IMG/VR virus record: IMGVR_UViG_3300047321_000445
Coordinates: 33,311-97,310 of that record
Source of the DNA: a virus
Length of the DNA: 64,000 nt
Direction: 5' to 3' (one strand)
The notes under the pieces: generated by a model
What the model was told of the DNA's origin: nothing
Database searches by the model: none
What the model saw: only the letters and a program-made list of their open reading frames with translations
Made by a program: the position numbers and the translations under genes
In this document: positions 36,307 through 46,628 of the stretch, in pieces
Position numbering within the stretch: the stretch's first letter is position 1
Layout: each line of letters begins with the position of its first letter

Positions 36307-38994
36307 GTGCCCCGCTGGAACCCCTTCCGTCGCACCGTCGAGCAGCCTGACACCACCAAGGCCGCCCCCCAGGTGCCGGCCGGGGCGCAGACGTTCACCG
36401 CAACCCAGGTCACGGCGCTCCTCGGCTCGGTCACCGCCAACCCCACCGGCGTCCTCAACCCGCTGCCGCGCACGGATCCGATGGTGGCGTTCGGGCCGGG
36501 TGTGCCGGTGTTCCCTGCGGCGATCGACCCGCTGCGCCCGGACTCGGGCCGCCCCGAGCCGCGGCTGACCGAATACCAGGTGTCGACCAACCTGCCGGGC
36601 GTCAGCGACAGGTTGGTGCCCTGGAAGGTGCTGCGGGACGCGGCCGAGCACGGCGGCCTCCCGCGCCGCTGTATCGAGATCCGCAAGAACGAAGTGTCGA
36701 CGTTGGCGTGGACGGTCACGATCACCCAGGGCGCGGTGGAGAAGGCGCAGGCCGACAACCCCGGCCAGTCGCGTGCCGACGTGGAAGCCGAACTCGGCAA
36801 ACGACTCGGCCCGCACATCGCGCGCTGCACCGCGTTCTGGGAGCAGCCGAACGTGCGCGAAGGCGAGTATTTCGCCGAGTGGGTCAGCAAGGTCCTTGAG
36901 GAACACCTCGTGTTGGACGCGCTCGCGATCTATCCCCGCTACACCTACGGCGGCGACCTGCACTCGCTGGAGGTCATCGACGGGTCCACGATCAAGCCGT
37001 TGCGGGACCACTCCGGTGGCCGCCCGCAGCCCCCGAACCCCGCCTACCAGCAACTGCTGTGGGGCTTCCCTCGAGGCGAGTTCCTCGCCGACGTGGACCC
37101 TGAAGGGCAGATCCTCAACGGGTACCGGTCGGATCAGCTCATCTACAAGCGGCGCAACGTCCGGACGTGGACCCAGTACGGGTACTCGGCTGTCGAGCAG
37201 GCCCTTGAGGACGTCGATGTATGGCTGCGCCGACGGGGCTGGATCCGAGCCGAGTACACCGACGGCGCCGTGCCCCGCGGCCTGCTGAAGCAGGTCAACG
37301 GCGGGCCCGGGTGGACACCGGGGCAGGTCCTCGACTACGAGCGGGGCCTGAACGACGCCTACGGCGGACAGACCGGCGAACGGCACCGGCTGCGCGTCCT
37401 GCCGCCCGGGATGGAGCTCCAGACCCAGGCCGACGTGGCGGAGCGCTACCGCCCCGAGTACGACCTGTTCCTGATCAAGGCGATAGCCGCGCACTTCGAC
37501 GTCACGATCGCCGAACTCGGGTACACCGAGCAGGGCGGTCTCGGGTCCACGGGCTGGCACGAGGGACAGGCGGCCGTTGAACAGCGCAAGGGCACCATGC
37601 CGACGACGCGCTGGTTGCAGCAGCTCATCACCGCCATCAGTCGCCGCCACCTCGGCATGCCGCCCGAGCTGGAGTTTCGGTTCCTCGGGCTGGAGGAGGA
37701 AGACGAGGCGTCGGCTGACCAGGTCGCCGAGAACCGCGTCAAGTCCGGTCGCATGACCTACAACGAGGACCGGGACCGGATGGGCTTGCCCCGCTTCAAC
37801 TTCCCCGAAGCGGACATGCCGATGATCCACGGCTACAGCGGCGTGATCTTCGTGGAAGGCGCCAGCAAACTTGCGGCGGGCGGCGAAGCCGTCAACCCCG
37901 TCACGGGACCGAAGCTGAACGACGCGGACGGCGACGGCAGTATCGACGCCCCCGCAGGGCCCGACAGCGACGTCAACGGCTCGAACCCCGAGAAGCCGGC
38001 CGACGACGGGAGTGGCCAGGCCGACGCGGTCAAGACCGAACTGGCCGCCTACCGGCGCTGGGCCCGAAAGAACCCGACACCGGCGCGGCCGTTCGTCTTC
38101 CAGACCGTCACCAAGGCCGACGCCCCCGACCTGGCCGGGCAGGCAGTCGTCTACGCGGCAGGTGATGACAGCCCAAAAGCCGGTGACGGCCCCGCCCACT
38201 GGCAGGGCTGGGACCGCGACCAGGACACCGCCGACGTGTGGGCGGGCCGCATCCAGCGGGCCCTCACCGCGGCGGTCAACGTCGACCAGCTCGCGGAACG
38301 CTGGCTCGCGCAGGAACTCGTCAAGGCCGACGAGCCCGACGTGGCCGGCGAACTGCAACAGCCCGAGGACGACAGCCACCTTGGCGAGTTCGCGGCCGCC
38401 CTCGCGGCGGCATGGCTCACCGCCCAAGGCATCGACCTGACCGCCACGATGGCCAGTCTCCTCACCGGCATCTGGACCGAAGGATGGGCCATCGGCGCCT
38501 CCGCTGCCCGCGCCCTCATGGACCGGGGCCGGGCGCTGTTCCCATGGCGGCGAGGCAGCCACGAGGACGCCGCGCGGACCCTCACCACACAGTCCGCTGA
38601 CGACCTGGGCACCTTCCGCAGTCGCAACGCCAGCGACGCGCAGACCCTCGCCCGTGGCCGGATGCACGCCCTGGCCAAGACACTGGCCCGGGCCCGCTCG
38701 GAAGGCTGGACCGCCCGGCAACTCGCTGCGCAACTCCGGGGTGTCCTGCGGGATGAGTCGTGGGCGCGACGGACTGCGCTGACCGAGCTCAGCCGCGCGT
38801 CCACCGAGGCCGCCCGCGACGTCTACACCACGGCCGGCCTGACCAGGTGGCTGTGGCACACCGAGCCGGGCGCCTGCCCCGTGTGCCTCGCCAACGAGGC
38901 CGCAGGCCCCCGCGCGTCCGGCGAGACGTGGCCTGACGGATCACAGGCCCCGCCCGCTCACCCGAACTGCCGGTGCACCCTCATTCCGGCCTGA
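36307..38994 (+). CDS. Portal protein fused to a MuF-like head morphogenesis domain
   Basis: LEVIDGSTIKP, YGYSAVE, MTYNEDR..MGL; C-terminal CPVC...PPAHPNCRC. Confidence 0.9.
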   Translation: MPRWNPFRRTVEQPDTTKAAPQVPAGAQTFTATQVTALLGSVTANPTGVLNPLPRTDPMVAFGPGVPVFPAAIDPLRPDSGRPEPRLTEYQVSTNLPGVSDRLVPWKVLRDAAEHGGLPRRCIEIRKNEVSTLAWTVTITQGAVEKAQADNPGQSRADVEAELGKRLGPHIARCTAFWEQPNVREGEYFAEWVSKVLEEHLVLDALAIYPRYTYGGDLHSLEVIDGSTIKPLRDHSGGRPQPPNPAYQQLLWGFPRGEFLADVDPEGQILNGYRSDQLIYKRRNVRTWTQYGYSAVEQALEDVDVWLRRRGWIRAEYTDGAVPRGLLKQVNGGPGWTPGQVLDYERGLNDAYGGQTGERHRLRVLPPGMELQTQADVAERYRPEYDLFLIKAIAAHFDVTIAELGYTEQGGLGSTGWHEGQAAVEQRKGTMPTTRWLQQLITAISRRHLGMPPELEFRFLGLEEEDEASADQVAENRVKSGRMTYNEDRDRMGLPRFNFPEADMPMIHGYSGVIFVEGASKLAAGGEAVNPVTGPKLNDADGDGSIDAPAGPDSDVNGSNPEKPADDGSGQADAVKTELAAYRRWARKNPTPARPFVFQTVTKADAPDLAGQAVVYAAGDDSPKAGDGPAHWQGWDRDQDTADVWAGRIQRALTAAVNVDQLAERWLAQELVKADEPDVAGELQQPEDDSHLGEFAAALAAAWLTAQGIDLTATMASLLTGIWTEGWAIGASAARALMDRGRALFPWRRGSHEDAARTLTTQSADDLGTFRSRNASDAQTLARGRMHALAKTLARARSEGWTARQLAAQLRGVLRDESWARRTALTELSRASTEAARDVYTTAGLTRWLWHTEPGACPVCLANEAAGPRASGETWPDGSQAPPAHPNCRCTLIPA

Positions 38995-39038
38995 CCCCGC
39001 TCTCTTTCGCGCGCCCGCGCACCGGGCGAGGAGGAACC

Positions 39039-40607
39039 ATGCCCCCTGAGTCCACCACCTTCGCGTGGGCCCCCATCACCAAGTCCGAGAAGCAAGACGA
39101 CGGCACGCTCATCGTCTACGGCCCTGCCGCATCCTCCGCCCTCGACCGGGACCATCAGCGCCTTGACCAGGGATGGCTGGACCAGGCCATGCCCGAGTGG
39201 ATGGCCGAGGGCGGCAACGTCCGCGAACAGCACGACGCCAAGCGCGCGGTCGGTGTCGGCGTCGGCCTGTCCAAGGCTGACGACGGAAGGCACCTGCTGG
39301 CTGCGCACATCGTGGACCCGGTCGCCGTGAAGAAGGTGGCGACCGGAGTCCTCAAGGGCTTCTCCGTCGGCATCAAGGCCCCCCAGATCCAGATGGGGAA
39401 GGCGGACGCGCCGAAGGGCCTGGTCACGGGCGGCTCGATCGTGGAGGTATCGCTGGTCGACCGGCCCGCGAACCCCGGCTGCATGTTCGAGCTGGCGAAG
39501 GCCGACGCGGCCGGTGATCTGACGGCTGTCGAGGACGCCCAGGTCGTCGAGAAGACCGACGCCCCGATCACCTCGAAGTCCCACCTGCGGAAGGCCATCA
39601 AGGCGGTCGGCCGCGGCGACGACCACGACGCCGTCAGGCTGCACATCGTCAAGCGGGCCAAGGCCCTCGGATTGGAGGGCATGGTGCCCAGCGATTGGAA
39701 CGGTGACGGCAGCCTCAACAAGGGCGACGACACCGGCGACACCGGCCCGGAGGAGACGGCGGCAGTCGACCCGGCGATGGCGGAGAAGGCTGAGGCAGTG
39801 CTCCGCGAGGTCCGCACCCTCGTGCCGGAACTCGCCAAGGCCGACGACGGCGAGATGGGCAACGAGGGCGGCGACATCACCGGCGCCCAGCAGGCCATCG
39901 CCTGCATCGCCGGCCTGATCGTCGCTGAGGCCGAGAGCCTCGCCGCGGGCAACCTCAACGAGGCGTACGACATCGCCCTGTTGCTGGATGCGGTCAGCTC
40001 GCTCAAGTACTTCATGCGCCGCGAACAGGCCGAGAACCAGGGAGACGACACCGACATGTCCTTCGCCGACACCGCCGACCTGGCCAAGGCCGACGAGCCC
40101 GACACCGCCAAGACCACCGAGCCCGAGGCCGCGAAGAGCGAGCAGCCCGAGGCCGCCAAGACCACCGAGCCCGAGGCCGCGAAGGCCGACGAGCCTGACG
40201 CGGCCAAGGGCGACGGGGTGCAGCCGGAAACCCCGGCCGCCCCCAAGACCACCGAGCCGGCCGCCACCGTGGCGGCCGACTTCATCACCAAGGCAGACGT
40301 CACCGAACTGATCAAGTCGGCTGTTGCAGAGGCCACGACCGCTTCCAAGGAGCGCACCACGGCGCTCGAAGCGGATCTGGCGAAGGCGCAGAAGGCCATC
40401 GAGGAGTTCCGTGCCATGCCGCTGCCGGGCGGGCCTGTTATGACCCGCACCGCCGCGCAGGAGCAGACCGCCCGCCAGAGCGACGCCGATGCGTTGCGCG
40501 CGCAGGCCGACCACTACCTGCGCAAGGCGGATCAGGTACAGGACCGCGACCTGCGCGAGGGCTACCGAGAGAAGGCCCACCAGCTCATGGCCAAGGCCGA
40601 CGCCTGA
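39039..40607 (+). CDS. Prohead protease/scaffold fusion
   Basis: NVREQH, LKGFSVG, EVSLVDRPANP; acidic repeats and a coiled coil. Confidence 0.85.
   Translation: MPPESTTFAWAPITKSEKQDDGTLIVYGPAASSALDRDHQRLDQGWLDQAMPEWMAEGGNVREQHDAKRAVGVGVGLSKADDGRHLLAAHIVDPVAVKKVATGVLKGFSVGIKAPQIQMGKADAPKGLVTGGSIVEVSLVDRPANPGCMFELAKADAAGDLTAVEDAQVVEKTDAPITSKSHLRKAIKAVGRGDDHDAVRLHIVKRAKALGLEGMVPSDWNGDGSLNKGDDTGDTGPEETAAVDPAMAEKAEAVLREVRTLVPELAKADDGEMGNEGGDITGAQQAIACIAGLIVAEAESLAAGNLNEAYDIALLLDAVSSLKYFMRREQAENQGDDTDMSFADTADLAKADEPDTAKTTEPEAAKSEQPEAAKTTEPEAAKADEPDAAKGDGVQPETPAAPKTTEPAATVAADFITKADVTELIKSAVAEATTASKERTTALEADLAKAQKAIEEFRAMPLPGGPVMTRTAAQEQTARQSDADALRAQADHYLRKADQVQDRDLREGYREKAHQLMAKADA
40087..40210 (+). 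repeat. 24-bp tandem repeats in the scaffold region
   Basis: KADEPDTA KTTEPEAA KSEQPEAA KTTEPEAA KADEPDAA. Confidence 0.75.
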
Positions 40608-40636
40608 TCCAGGCACCACCTCCCCACGACAATCCC

Positions 40637-40673
40637 AAAGACCTCCAACCCGACATCGGGTGGGGGTCTTTTT
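40637..40673 (+). terminator. Terminator-like hairpin upstream of the capsid gene
   Basis: AAAGACCTCCA...TGGGGGTCTTTTT. Confidence 0.7.
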
Positions 40674-40694
40674 GCATGAAAGGAGGGCGGGGCT

Positions 40695-42416
40695 GTGGCT
40701 CTGCCCAGTGTTGACACCCTGTTCGGCGGCACGCCGGACGCTCCCAAGCTGGCCAAGGCCGACGTCGCCACTCGTTTCGACGAGCTCATGTCGGCCGTGG
40801 ACTCCGCACCGGTCCGTACCCTCACCGCGCAGGACATCACCCAGGCGTTCGCGGTCGGGCAGGGTATCGACTTCACCCAGCAGCCCACCACCGCCTACGG
40901 TGCGCTGACGAAGGCTCTGGACACCCCGGAGATCGTCAAGGGCCTGTCCGCGGACGCGCTCGCGTCGGTGACCTCCGCGCTTGCGGAGCTCAAGTCGCAG
41001 CAGCCGGACCTCGTCAAGGACATCTCGCCCACGTCCCCGCTGAGCACGGGTCTGGTGGCGTTCGACCTGGAGGCGCCGGCGAAGCTGCTGACGCCGCGCC
41101 CGACGCCGCTCCGGAACCGGCTGCCGCGCCGCCGTGGCCTCGGTCTGTCGCACCGCTTCAAGGTGATCACCGGGTTCACCGGCACCGGCACCGGTGGTAT
41201 CGGTTCGATCCACCCGGGTATCCAGGACAACACCCAGAACAACTTCGCGCCCTCCGGTGCAGGCAACTCGCTGTTCTACGCGCGAGGCCCGAAGATCAGC
41301 TACGCGGGTTCCGACGTGACGGTGCCCTACGCGCAGTTCTCGGTGTCGGACCAGGTGACGTGGTCGGCGCAGTACGCGGGCCAGGGCTACCAGGACATCC
41401 GTCAGCTGTCCCGCACGTCGCTGATGTACTCCAGCATGCTGCTGGAGGAGCGCATGCTGCTCATGGGCCGTGGCACCGCCGCTGGCTTCTCCGGTGCGCT
41501 CGCCGCGCCGACGGGCCTGACGCTGGGCAGCCCTCGCGCGGCTGTGGCCGGTGAGACCGGCCTGACCGGCGTGACGACGAACATCTTCGTCAAGGTCACC
41601 TCGGACGCGGGTGACTTCGGCCAGTCGGTCCTGTCGACGGCCGCCACCGTGGCGATCACGAACGGGCAGGTCGTGGACCTGACGTTCAACCTGCCCGCTG
41701 GTGCGCTCGGTGCCCGCGTGTACGTGTCCACGGGTGCCTCCGACCCCGGCGACGCGTCGCGCTGGTTCTTCGGCCGCACCGGCAACGGGAAGATCACCAT
41801 CCAGGGTGCGCTGCCCACGTCCGGCACCGCCGCGTCCGCGATCACGGCGGACACTTCGGCGTTCGCCAACGGCTACGACGGCATCCTGCCGATCGTCACC
41901 GGCCCGAACTCGGGCTACGTCAACCGGCTCAACGCTGCCCTGTCCACCAGCAACCCGGGCGTCGAGTTCCAGACCGCGTTCGCGAAGCTGTACGACGCGG
42001 TGAAGGCCGACCCGGACCGCATCCTGTTCAACGGCAGCGACCGCAAGCAGCTGTCGGACACGCTGAAGAGCAGCTCGTCGTCGAACTACCGGATGACGAT
42101 CACGCAGGACCAGCTGACCGGCGTGACCCTCGGCGACGTGGTCAACACGATCATCAACGAGGTCACCGGCAAGGGCGTGGCCGTCGAGGTCCACCCGTGG
42201 CTGCCGCAGGGCAACGCCCCGATCCTGTCCGACACGCTGCCCATCCCGGACACCGAGGTGTCCGACGTGTGGGCGGTGTTCAACGTGCAGGACCTGCTCG
42301 GCGTCGATTGGCCGGTCAACCAGTTTGCGTTCGAGTCGAGCAGCTACTGGTTCGGCACGTTCGTCTGCTACGCCCCGGCCTGGAACGGTGCCATCACCGG
42401 CATCACCGCGGCCTGA
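40695..42416 (+). CDS. Major capsid protein with FN3/Ig-like insertion
   Basis: Follows the protease; DLEAPAKLL.P..TPLRNRLPR, LEERMLL; strongly biased codons. Confidence 0.85.
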   Translation: MALPSVDTLFGGTPDAPKLAKADVATRFDELMSAVDSAPVRTLTAQDITQAFAVGQGIDFTQQPTTAYGALTKALDTPEIVKGLSADALASVTSALAELKSQQPDLVKDISPTSPLSTGLVAFDLEAPAKLLTPRPTPLRNRLPRRRGLGLSHRFKVITGFTGTGTGGIGSIHPGIQDNTQNNFAPSGAGNSLFYARGPKISYAGSDVTVPYAQFSVSDQVTWSAQYAGQGYQDIRQLSRTSLMYSSMLLEERMLLMGRGTAAGFSGALAAPTGLTLGSPRAAVAGETGLTGVTTNIFVKVTSDAGDFGQSVLSTAATVAITNGQVVDLTFNLPAGALGARVYVSTGASDPGDASRWFFGRTGNGKITIQGALPTSGTAASAITADTSAFANGYDGILPIVTGPNSGYVNRLNAALSTSNPGVEFQTAFAKLYDAVKADPDRILFNGSDRKQLSDTLKSSSSSNYRMTITQDQLTGVTLGDVVNTIINEVTGKGVAVEVHPWLPQGNAPILSDTLPIPDTEVSDVWAVFNVQDLLGVDWPVNQFAFESSSYWFGTFVCYAPAWNGAITGITAA

Positions 42417-42427
42417 TCCCCATCCAT

Positions 42428-42464
42428 CGGAGGCCCGCACCCCTGCTTGGGGTGCGGGCCTCCG
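42428..42464 (+). terminator. Hairpin after the capsid gene
   Basis: 16-bp perfect stem. Confidence 0.7.
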
Positions 42465-42487
42465 GTGTCCTCTGGAAGGAGACCGGC

Positions 42488-42760
42488 ATGGCACGTCTGT
42501 GCATGCCTGACGGTGCCGTCCGTGGCATCGACATCCAAGGCGCCCAGACCGGCGTCAACACCAGCTACACGCCCGGCCGGGACGGCACCGTCACGGTCGA
42601 CAACCCGCGCCATGAGAGGGCGCTGCGCGAGTACGGGGCGTTCCCCGCGAACCTCGGCGGTCGTGTACGCGGTGGCTATCGCTGCAAGGCGTGCGGCTTC
42701 GGCGCGTTCTTCGCCGCCTGTGGCCGCTGCGGCGGCGTGTGTGAAAAGGAGAACAGCTGA
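42488..42760 (+). CDS. Hypothetical Zn-ribbon protein
   Basis: AAGGAG RBS; CKAC..CGRC. Confidence 0.7.
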   Translation: MARLCMPDGAVRGIDIQGAQTGVNTSYTPGRDGTVTVDNPRHERALREYGAFPANLGGRVRGGYRCKACGFGAFFAACGRCGGVCEKENS

Positions 42761-43083
42761 TGCCTCCCCGTAGGCGCGCTACTGCCGAGGCCGACGACCA
42801 GGCGCAGACCCCGGCGCCGGACCCGGCCCCGGAGCAGCCCGAGACCCCGGCCGCGCCGGCTGCCCACGAGCAGCCCGAGCAGCCCGAGACCCCGGACCCG
42901 GTCACCCCGGACCCGGTCACCCCGGACCCGGTCCCGGTCATCGCGGATGAGGGATGGGAGGCGTCGGCCGCCGCACTCGACAGCGGACCCACCCTGTGCC
43001 GCGACCACTACCCCGACCCCATCCCCACCAGCGTCACCGCCGTCGCCTGCGAACACGGTTCCTGGATCCGCACCGGATCCTGA
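42760..43083 (+). CDS. Pro/Glu-rich hypothetical protein
   Basis: TGATG overlap; 15-bp tandem repeat x3 at 42889-42933. Confidence 0.65.
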   Translation: MPPRRRATAEADDQAQTPAPDPAPEQPETPAAPAAHEQPEQPETPDPVTPDPVTPDPVPVIADEGWEASAAALDSGPTLCRDHYPDPIPTSVTAVACEHGSWIRTGS

Positions 43084-43110
43084 CCGGCCGAACAAGAGAG
43101 GGGTGGGCTC

Positions 43111-44001
43111 GTGCCAACCGTCCCGTACGTCTCCGCTGCGGCGTTCACCGCCCACCCCACCTACCTGGACCTGGACGACCTGCGCAGCGGGTCCTCATCG
43201 GCGGCCGACCAGACCGCAGCGCTCACAGACCTGCTGCTGACGGCGTCCTCATGGGCCGACGACCAGTGCGGCCTGCCGCGCGGTCTCGGCGCGCACACCA
43301 CCACCCAGCGGACCCGGGCCAGGATCGACCGGAACGGGAACCTGAAGATCCACCCCGACGACATACCGGTGGTCTCGGTGTCGACGGTCGCCTACGGCAG
43401 TACCCCCACCGCGCTGACGACCGTGGACGCGTCGGCGGCATGGGTGGAGGACGAGCGGAACGTGGTGATCCCGCTCGGCGGCGGCGGCCCCTGGTCCGGC
43501 GCGCTGCAATTCGGCGCGCCCTCGTCGGGCGGCGAGATGTTCGTGAAGTTCGGATACACGGCCGGTTTCGTCGCCACCATCCTTACCGCCGCCTCGACGG
43601 CCGGGGCCACCTCGCTGACGGTCGCGGACCCGCTCGCGATCCTGCCCGGCAGCACCTACCGCATCTGGGAGCCCGGCAAGGAAGAGACCGTGGCGGTGTC
43701 CTCGTCGTGGACGCCACCGGCCGTGAGCGTGCCGCCGCAGGCGACCGCGGTTCCCCTCGTCAAGCCCACCATGTTCGACCACCAGGCGGGCCACGACTTC
43801 TCGGGGATGCCGTCCGTGATGCGGCTGGCGATCGTCAACTACACGATCTCGCTGCTGATGAGGCCGGACACAGCGGCCGAGGACTCGTACCCGGACACGT
43901 CCCTGTCGTCGGGCACCCGGTCGAAGGACCCCCGGCGGGACGGTTCCGGGCTGGTCGCCGAGGCCGAACGCATCCTCGCCAAATACGCCCGGGTCAGGTG
44001 A
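43111..44001 (+). CDS. Head-to-tail adaptor
   Basis: Position; LLLTASSWADDQC...MPSVMRLAI...AERILAKY. Confidence 0.7.
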   Translation: MPTVPYVSAAAFTAHPTYLDLDDLRSGSSSAADQTAALTDLLLTASSWADDQCGLPRGLGAHTTTQRTRARIDRNGNLKIHPDDIPVVSVSTVAYGSTPTALTTVDASAAWVEDERNVVIPLGGGGPWSGALQFGAPSSGGEMFVKFGYTAGFVATILTAASTAGATSLTVADPLAILPGSTYRIWEPGKEETVAVSSSWTPPAVSVPPQATAVPLVKPTMFDHQAGHDFSGMPSVMRLAIVNYTISLLMRPDTAAEDSYPDTSLSSGTRSKDPRRDGSGLVAEAERILAKYARVR

Positions 44002-44008
44002 GCGCGCA

Positions 44009-44539
44009 GTGAGTATCCAATCCGTCATGGACGGTATCGCCGTCTACTTCGGCGGCCCCTACGACCCGGCGACCCGCTCCTATCGGTCGTCTCCGGTGCC
44101 CGGCGTCGGGGTGGTACGGCGGGCCTGGTCCAAGCGTGACGATCACGCGGACTACACGCACGGCATGCCACCCGGGACCCGCACCGGCTGCCAGATCGTC
44201 GTCTGGATCCCGCGCAACAGCGAGTCCCGGCTCACTGTCGGCGGGCCCGGAACCGGGCAGAAGAACGTGCTGTACGAGGTGCAGTTGGCCTGTTACGTCC
44301 GCTCCCACACCCCGCATGCGGAGGACGCACAGGACGACGTGTACGCGCTGCGGGACGCCCTGGCGGCGCACCTGCGCGAGGATCCCACGCTCGGCGGGGC
44401 GGTGTTCCAAGCCGGTGAGCATGTGGACGGCGGCACCGGAACGATCGATTTCGAGTACGGCCAGCCCGAGACGAAAGCCGAGTTGACCAAGAGTTTCGTG
44501 CTGATGACGTTCCCGGCGCTGGAGATCGTCAAGGGCTGA
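44009..44539 (+). CDS. Tail terminator / neck protein
   Basis: LREDPTLGG motif; synteny. Confidence 0.6.
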   Translation: MSIQSVMDGIAVYFGGPYDPATRSYRSSPVPGVGVVRRAWSKRDDHADYTHGMPPGTRTGCQIVVWIPRNSESRLTVGGPGTGQKNVLYEVQLACYVRSHTPHAEDAQDDVYALRDALAAHLREDPTLGGAVFQAGEHVDGGTGTIDFEYGQPETKAELTKSFVLMTFPALEIVKG

Positions 44540-44595
44540 GCGCCCTCGGCCGCGAACCCCTCGCTTCCCTGTTGTCCATCGGACCGGAGTTCCGC

Positions 44596-44919
44596 ATGCC
44601 TGCGAAGTCCCCGACGCCTGAGCCGGATCCGACTCCGGCCGTCGTCGACACCATCCCCGAACCTGCTCCCGCACCCGAGCCCGAGCCTGATGAGGCCGCG
44701 GCCTCGGGCCTGCTCCCGGCCGGGACGTACGCGTTCGTCGGCTCCCTGCCGACCCAGTACCTGCACGTGCCGCTCACCGCCTACCCGGCCAGCAACGACA
44801 GGCCGGCGACCGTCTTCGACTGGGCGTTCGGCGCGCCTCCGGACGGCCGCTGGGAGCCCACCCGCAAGAAGCAGAACCAGCAGCCGGACAACGCCCCGGC
44901 CGACCCGGAAGGGGACTGA
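44596..44919 (+). CDS. Hypothetical protein
   Basis: GGAG RBS; synteny. Confidence 0.6.
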   Translation: MPAKSPTPEPDPTPAVVDTIPEPAPAPEPEPDEAAASGLLPAGTYAFVGSLPTQYLHVPLTAYPASNDRPATVFDWAFGAPPDGRWEPTRKKQNQQPDNAPADPEGD

Positions 44920-44922
44920 CCG

Positions 44923-46179
44923 GTGCCTACTCCCGCCACTTTCGCCAGTACAAAGCAGTTCATCGGCCTCGCTTCCGAGGTCACCCAGGGCACGGCCGTG
45001 GCGATGACCGCCACCCAGCTCCTGACGTCCTTCCAGCCGTCCGACAAGCCCACGTTCATCAAGGACCAGAGCTGGCGCGGCAGCATGGGCACCGACGCGT
45101 TCGCGCAGGTGCTCGGCGTCGGCACCGCGGACATCAACCTCGGCGGCCCGGTCTACGGAGACACGGCCGGGTTCTGGCTGCGGAACATGCTCGGCGACCT
45201 GGCCGTCACCGGCACGCCGACCGGTTCCGGCGCGACCACCCTGACCGCCCAGGCCAACCCTGGGGCCGTGTCCATATCGACGCTGGCCACCATCCCGAAC
45301 GGCACGCTGGTGCAGATCGGCACCGGGGCCACGGCGGAGATCGTCACGACCGGTACGCCGACCGGTGCGGGCCCGTTCACCATCCCGATCACCATCCCGT
45401 CGGGCGGCCTGCTGTTCCAGCACGCTTCCTCGCAGGCGGTCACCCCGGTGCAGTCGGCCGGCCTGTTCACCTACACGTGGAGCCTGCTCAACGGCGGTGG
45501 CGGACAGCCGCTCTCGCACACCCTCACGCACTCCCTCGGCCCGACCGCTGTGTCCGGTGCCCGCCAGTACCCCGGCTTCTGCATGTCCCAGCTGAACTAC
45601 GCGTTCAACGCGGAGAGCGAGCTGTTCGCGTGGACGGGGCAGGGCACTTCGTGGCCGTCGGTCGCCGCAGGTACGGCGCCGGTCGCGAACCCGACCACGA
45701 TCCTGCCGACCGCCTCGTGGCGCACGAAGATCGGTATCGGCGGGCCGGCTGCCGGTGGCACCCTCGTGAACACCGTCACGGACGGCGAGGTCAACATCAC
45801 GCGCGAGCTCCAGCCGGTGTTCACTGCCAACGGCAGCCGCACCCCGTACCTCATCCAGCGGGGCGGGCTGTCGGTGGCCGGGAAGTTCAACTTCTCCGCC
45901 GTGTCCGACGAGAGCGTCCTCCAGTACCTGCTGGCGAACACACAGCCGCAGGTCCAGATCGTGTCCGACAACGGCCTGGCCGGTAACGCCCAGATCGTCA
46001 TCCAGATCGACATGCAGTCGGCGGCGTTCACTCAGGCCGACCCCGACACCAGCAAGGCCGCCGTCGGCTACCAGACCAGCTATGCGGCCAACTTCAACAC
46101 CACGAACGCGGGCGGCTCGGGCGGACAGTCCCCGATCAAGGTGTCCGTCACCTGCGCCGTGGCGCCCGGCAGCTTCTAA
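44923..46179 (+). CDS. Major tail (tube) protein
   Basis: FIGLASEVTQGT start; precedes the tail chaperones and tape measure. Confidence 0.85.
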   Translation: MPTPATFASTKQFIGLASEVTQGTAVAMTATQLLTSFQPSDKPTFIKDQSWRGSMGTDAFAQVLGVGTADINLGGPVYGDTAGFWLRNMLGDLAVTGTPTGSGATTLTAQANPGAVSISTLATIPNGTLVQIGTGATAEIVTTGTPTGAGPFTIPITIPSGGLLFQHASSQAVTPVQSAGLFTYTWSLLNGGGGQPLSHTLTHSLGPTAVSGARQYPGFCMSQLNYAFNAESELFAWTGQGTSWPSVAAGTAPVANPTTILPTASWRTKIGIGGPAAGGTLVNTVTDGEVNITRELQPVFTANGSRTPYLIQRGGLSVAGKFNFSAVSDESVLQYLLANTQPQVQIVSDNGLAGNAQIVIQIDMQSAAFTQADPDTSKAAVGYQTSYAANFNTTNAGGSGGQSPIKVSVTCAVAPGSF

Positions 46180-46268
46180 GCCCTGCCGCGGCTCCCTCCG
46201 TTGTCTGCGGTCCCGGAGACGAAGGGCTCCGGGACCGCACCCCCTTCCACACGAGAGGTACATCCCTC

Positions 46269-46628
46269 ATGTCCGAACGAGTTCCCCTCGCGACCCCCGA
46301 CTCGTGGGTCCAGCTCCGCGACCCGCACACCCTCAAGTCCGGTGACAAGCGCCGTGTGCTGCGCGCGATCCGTGACACCGAGGAGGCCGGGGCGGTCGCC
46401 CTCTCCATGCTCGACGCGATCACCGTGGTCGCGATCGAGGCGTGGAGTCTGCAACTGCCCATTCCCGCGCAGGACGTCACGGCGCTGGATCTGATGGAGA
46501 TCTCGGACTACGACATGCTGTCCGACCTCCTCGGCCCGACGCAGGAAGCGCTGTTCCCGACCCCGGTCGAGGACACCCCGGAGCAGCAGGAAGACCCGGC
46601 GTCCCCTACCGAGCCTTCCGCCGCCTAG
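46269..46628 (+). CDS. Tail assembly chaperone (gpG-like)
   Basis: Between tail tube and tape measure; IEAWSL motif. Confidence 0.8.
   Translation: MSERVPLATPDSWVQLRDPHTLKSGDKRRVLRAIRDTEEAGAVALSMLDAITVVAIEAWSLQLPIPAQDVTALDLMEISDYDMLSDLLGPTQEALFPTPVEDTPEQQEDPASPTEPSAA

Noticed and set aside
42889-42933. 15-bp tandem repeat containing GACCCGG as a possible TraB site
   Set aside because: Only three in-frame copies encoding a TPDPV linker in a head-region gene; simple slippage explains it
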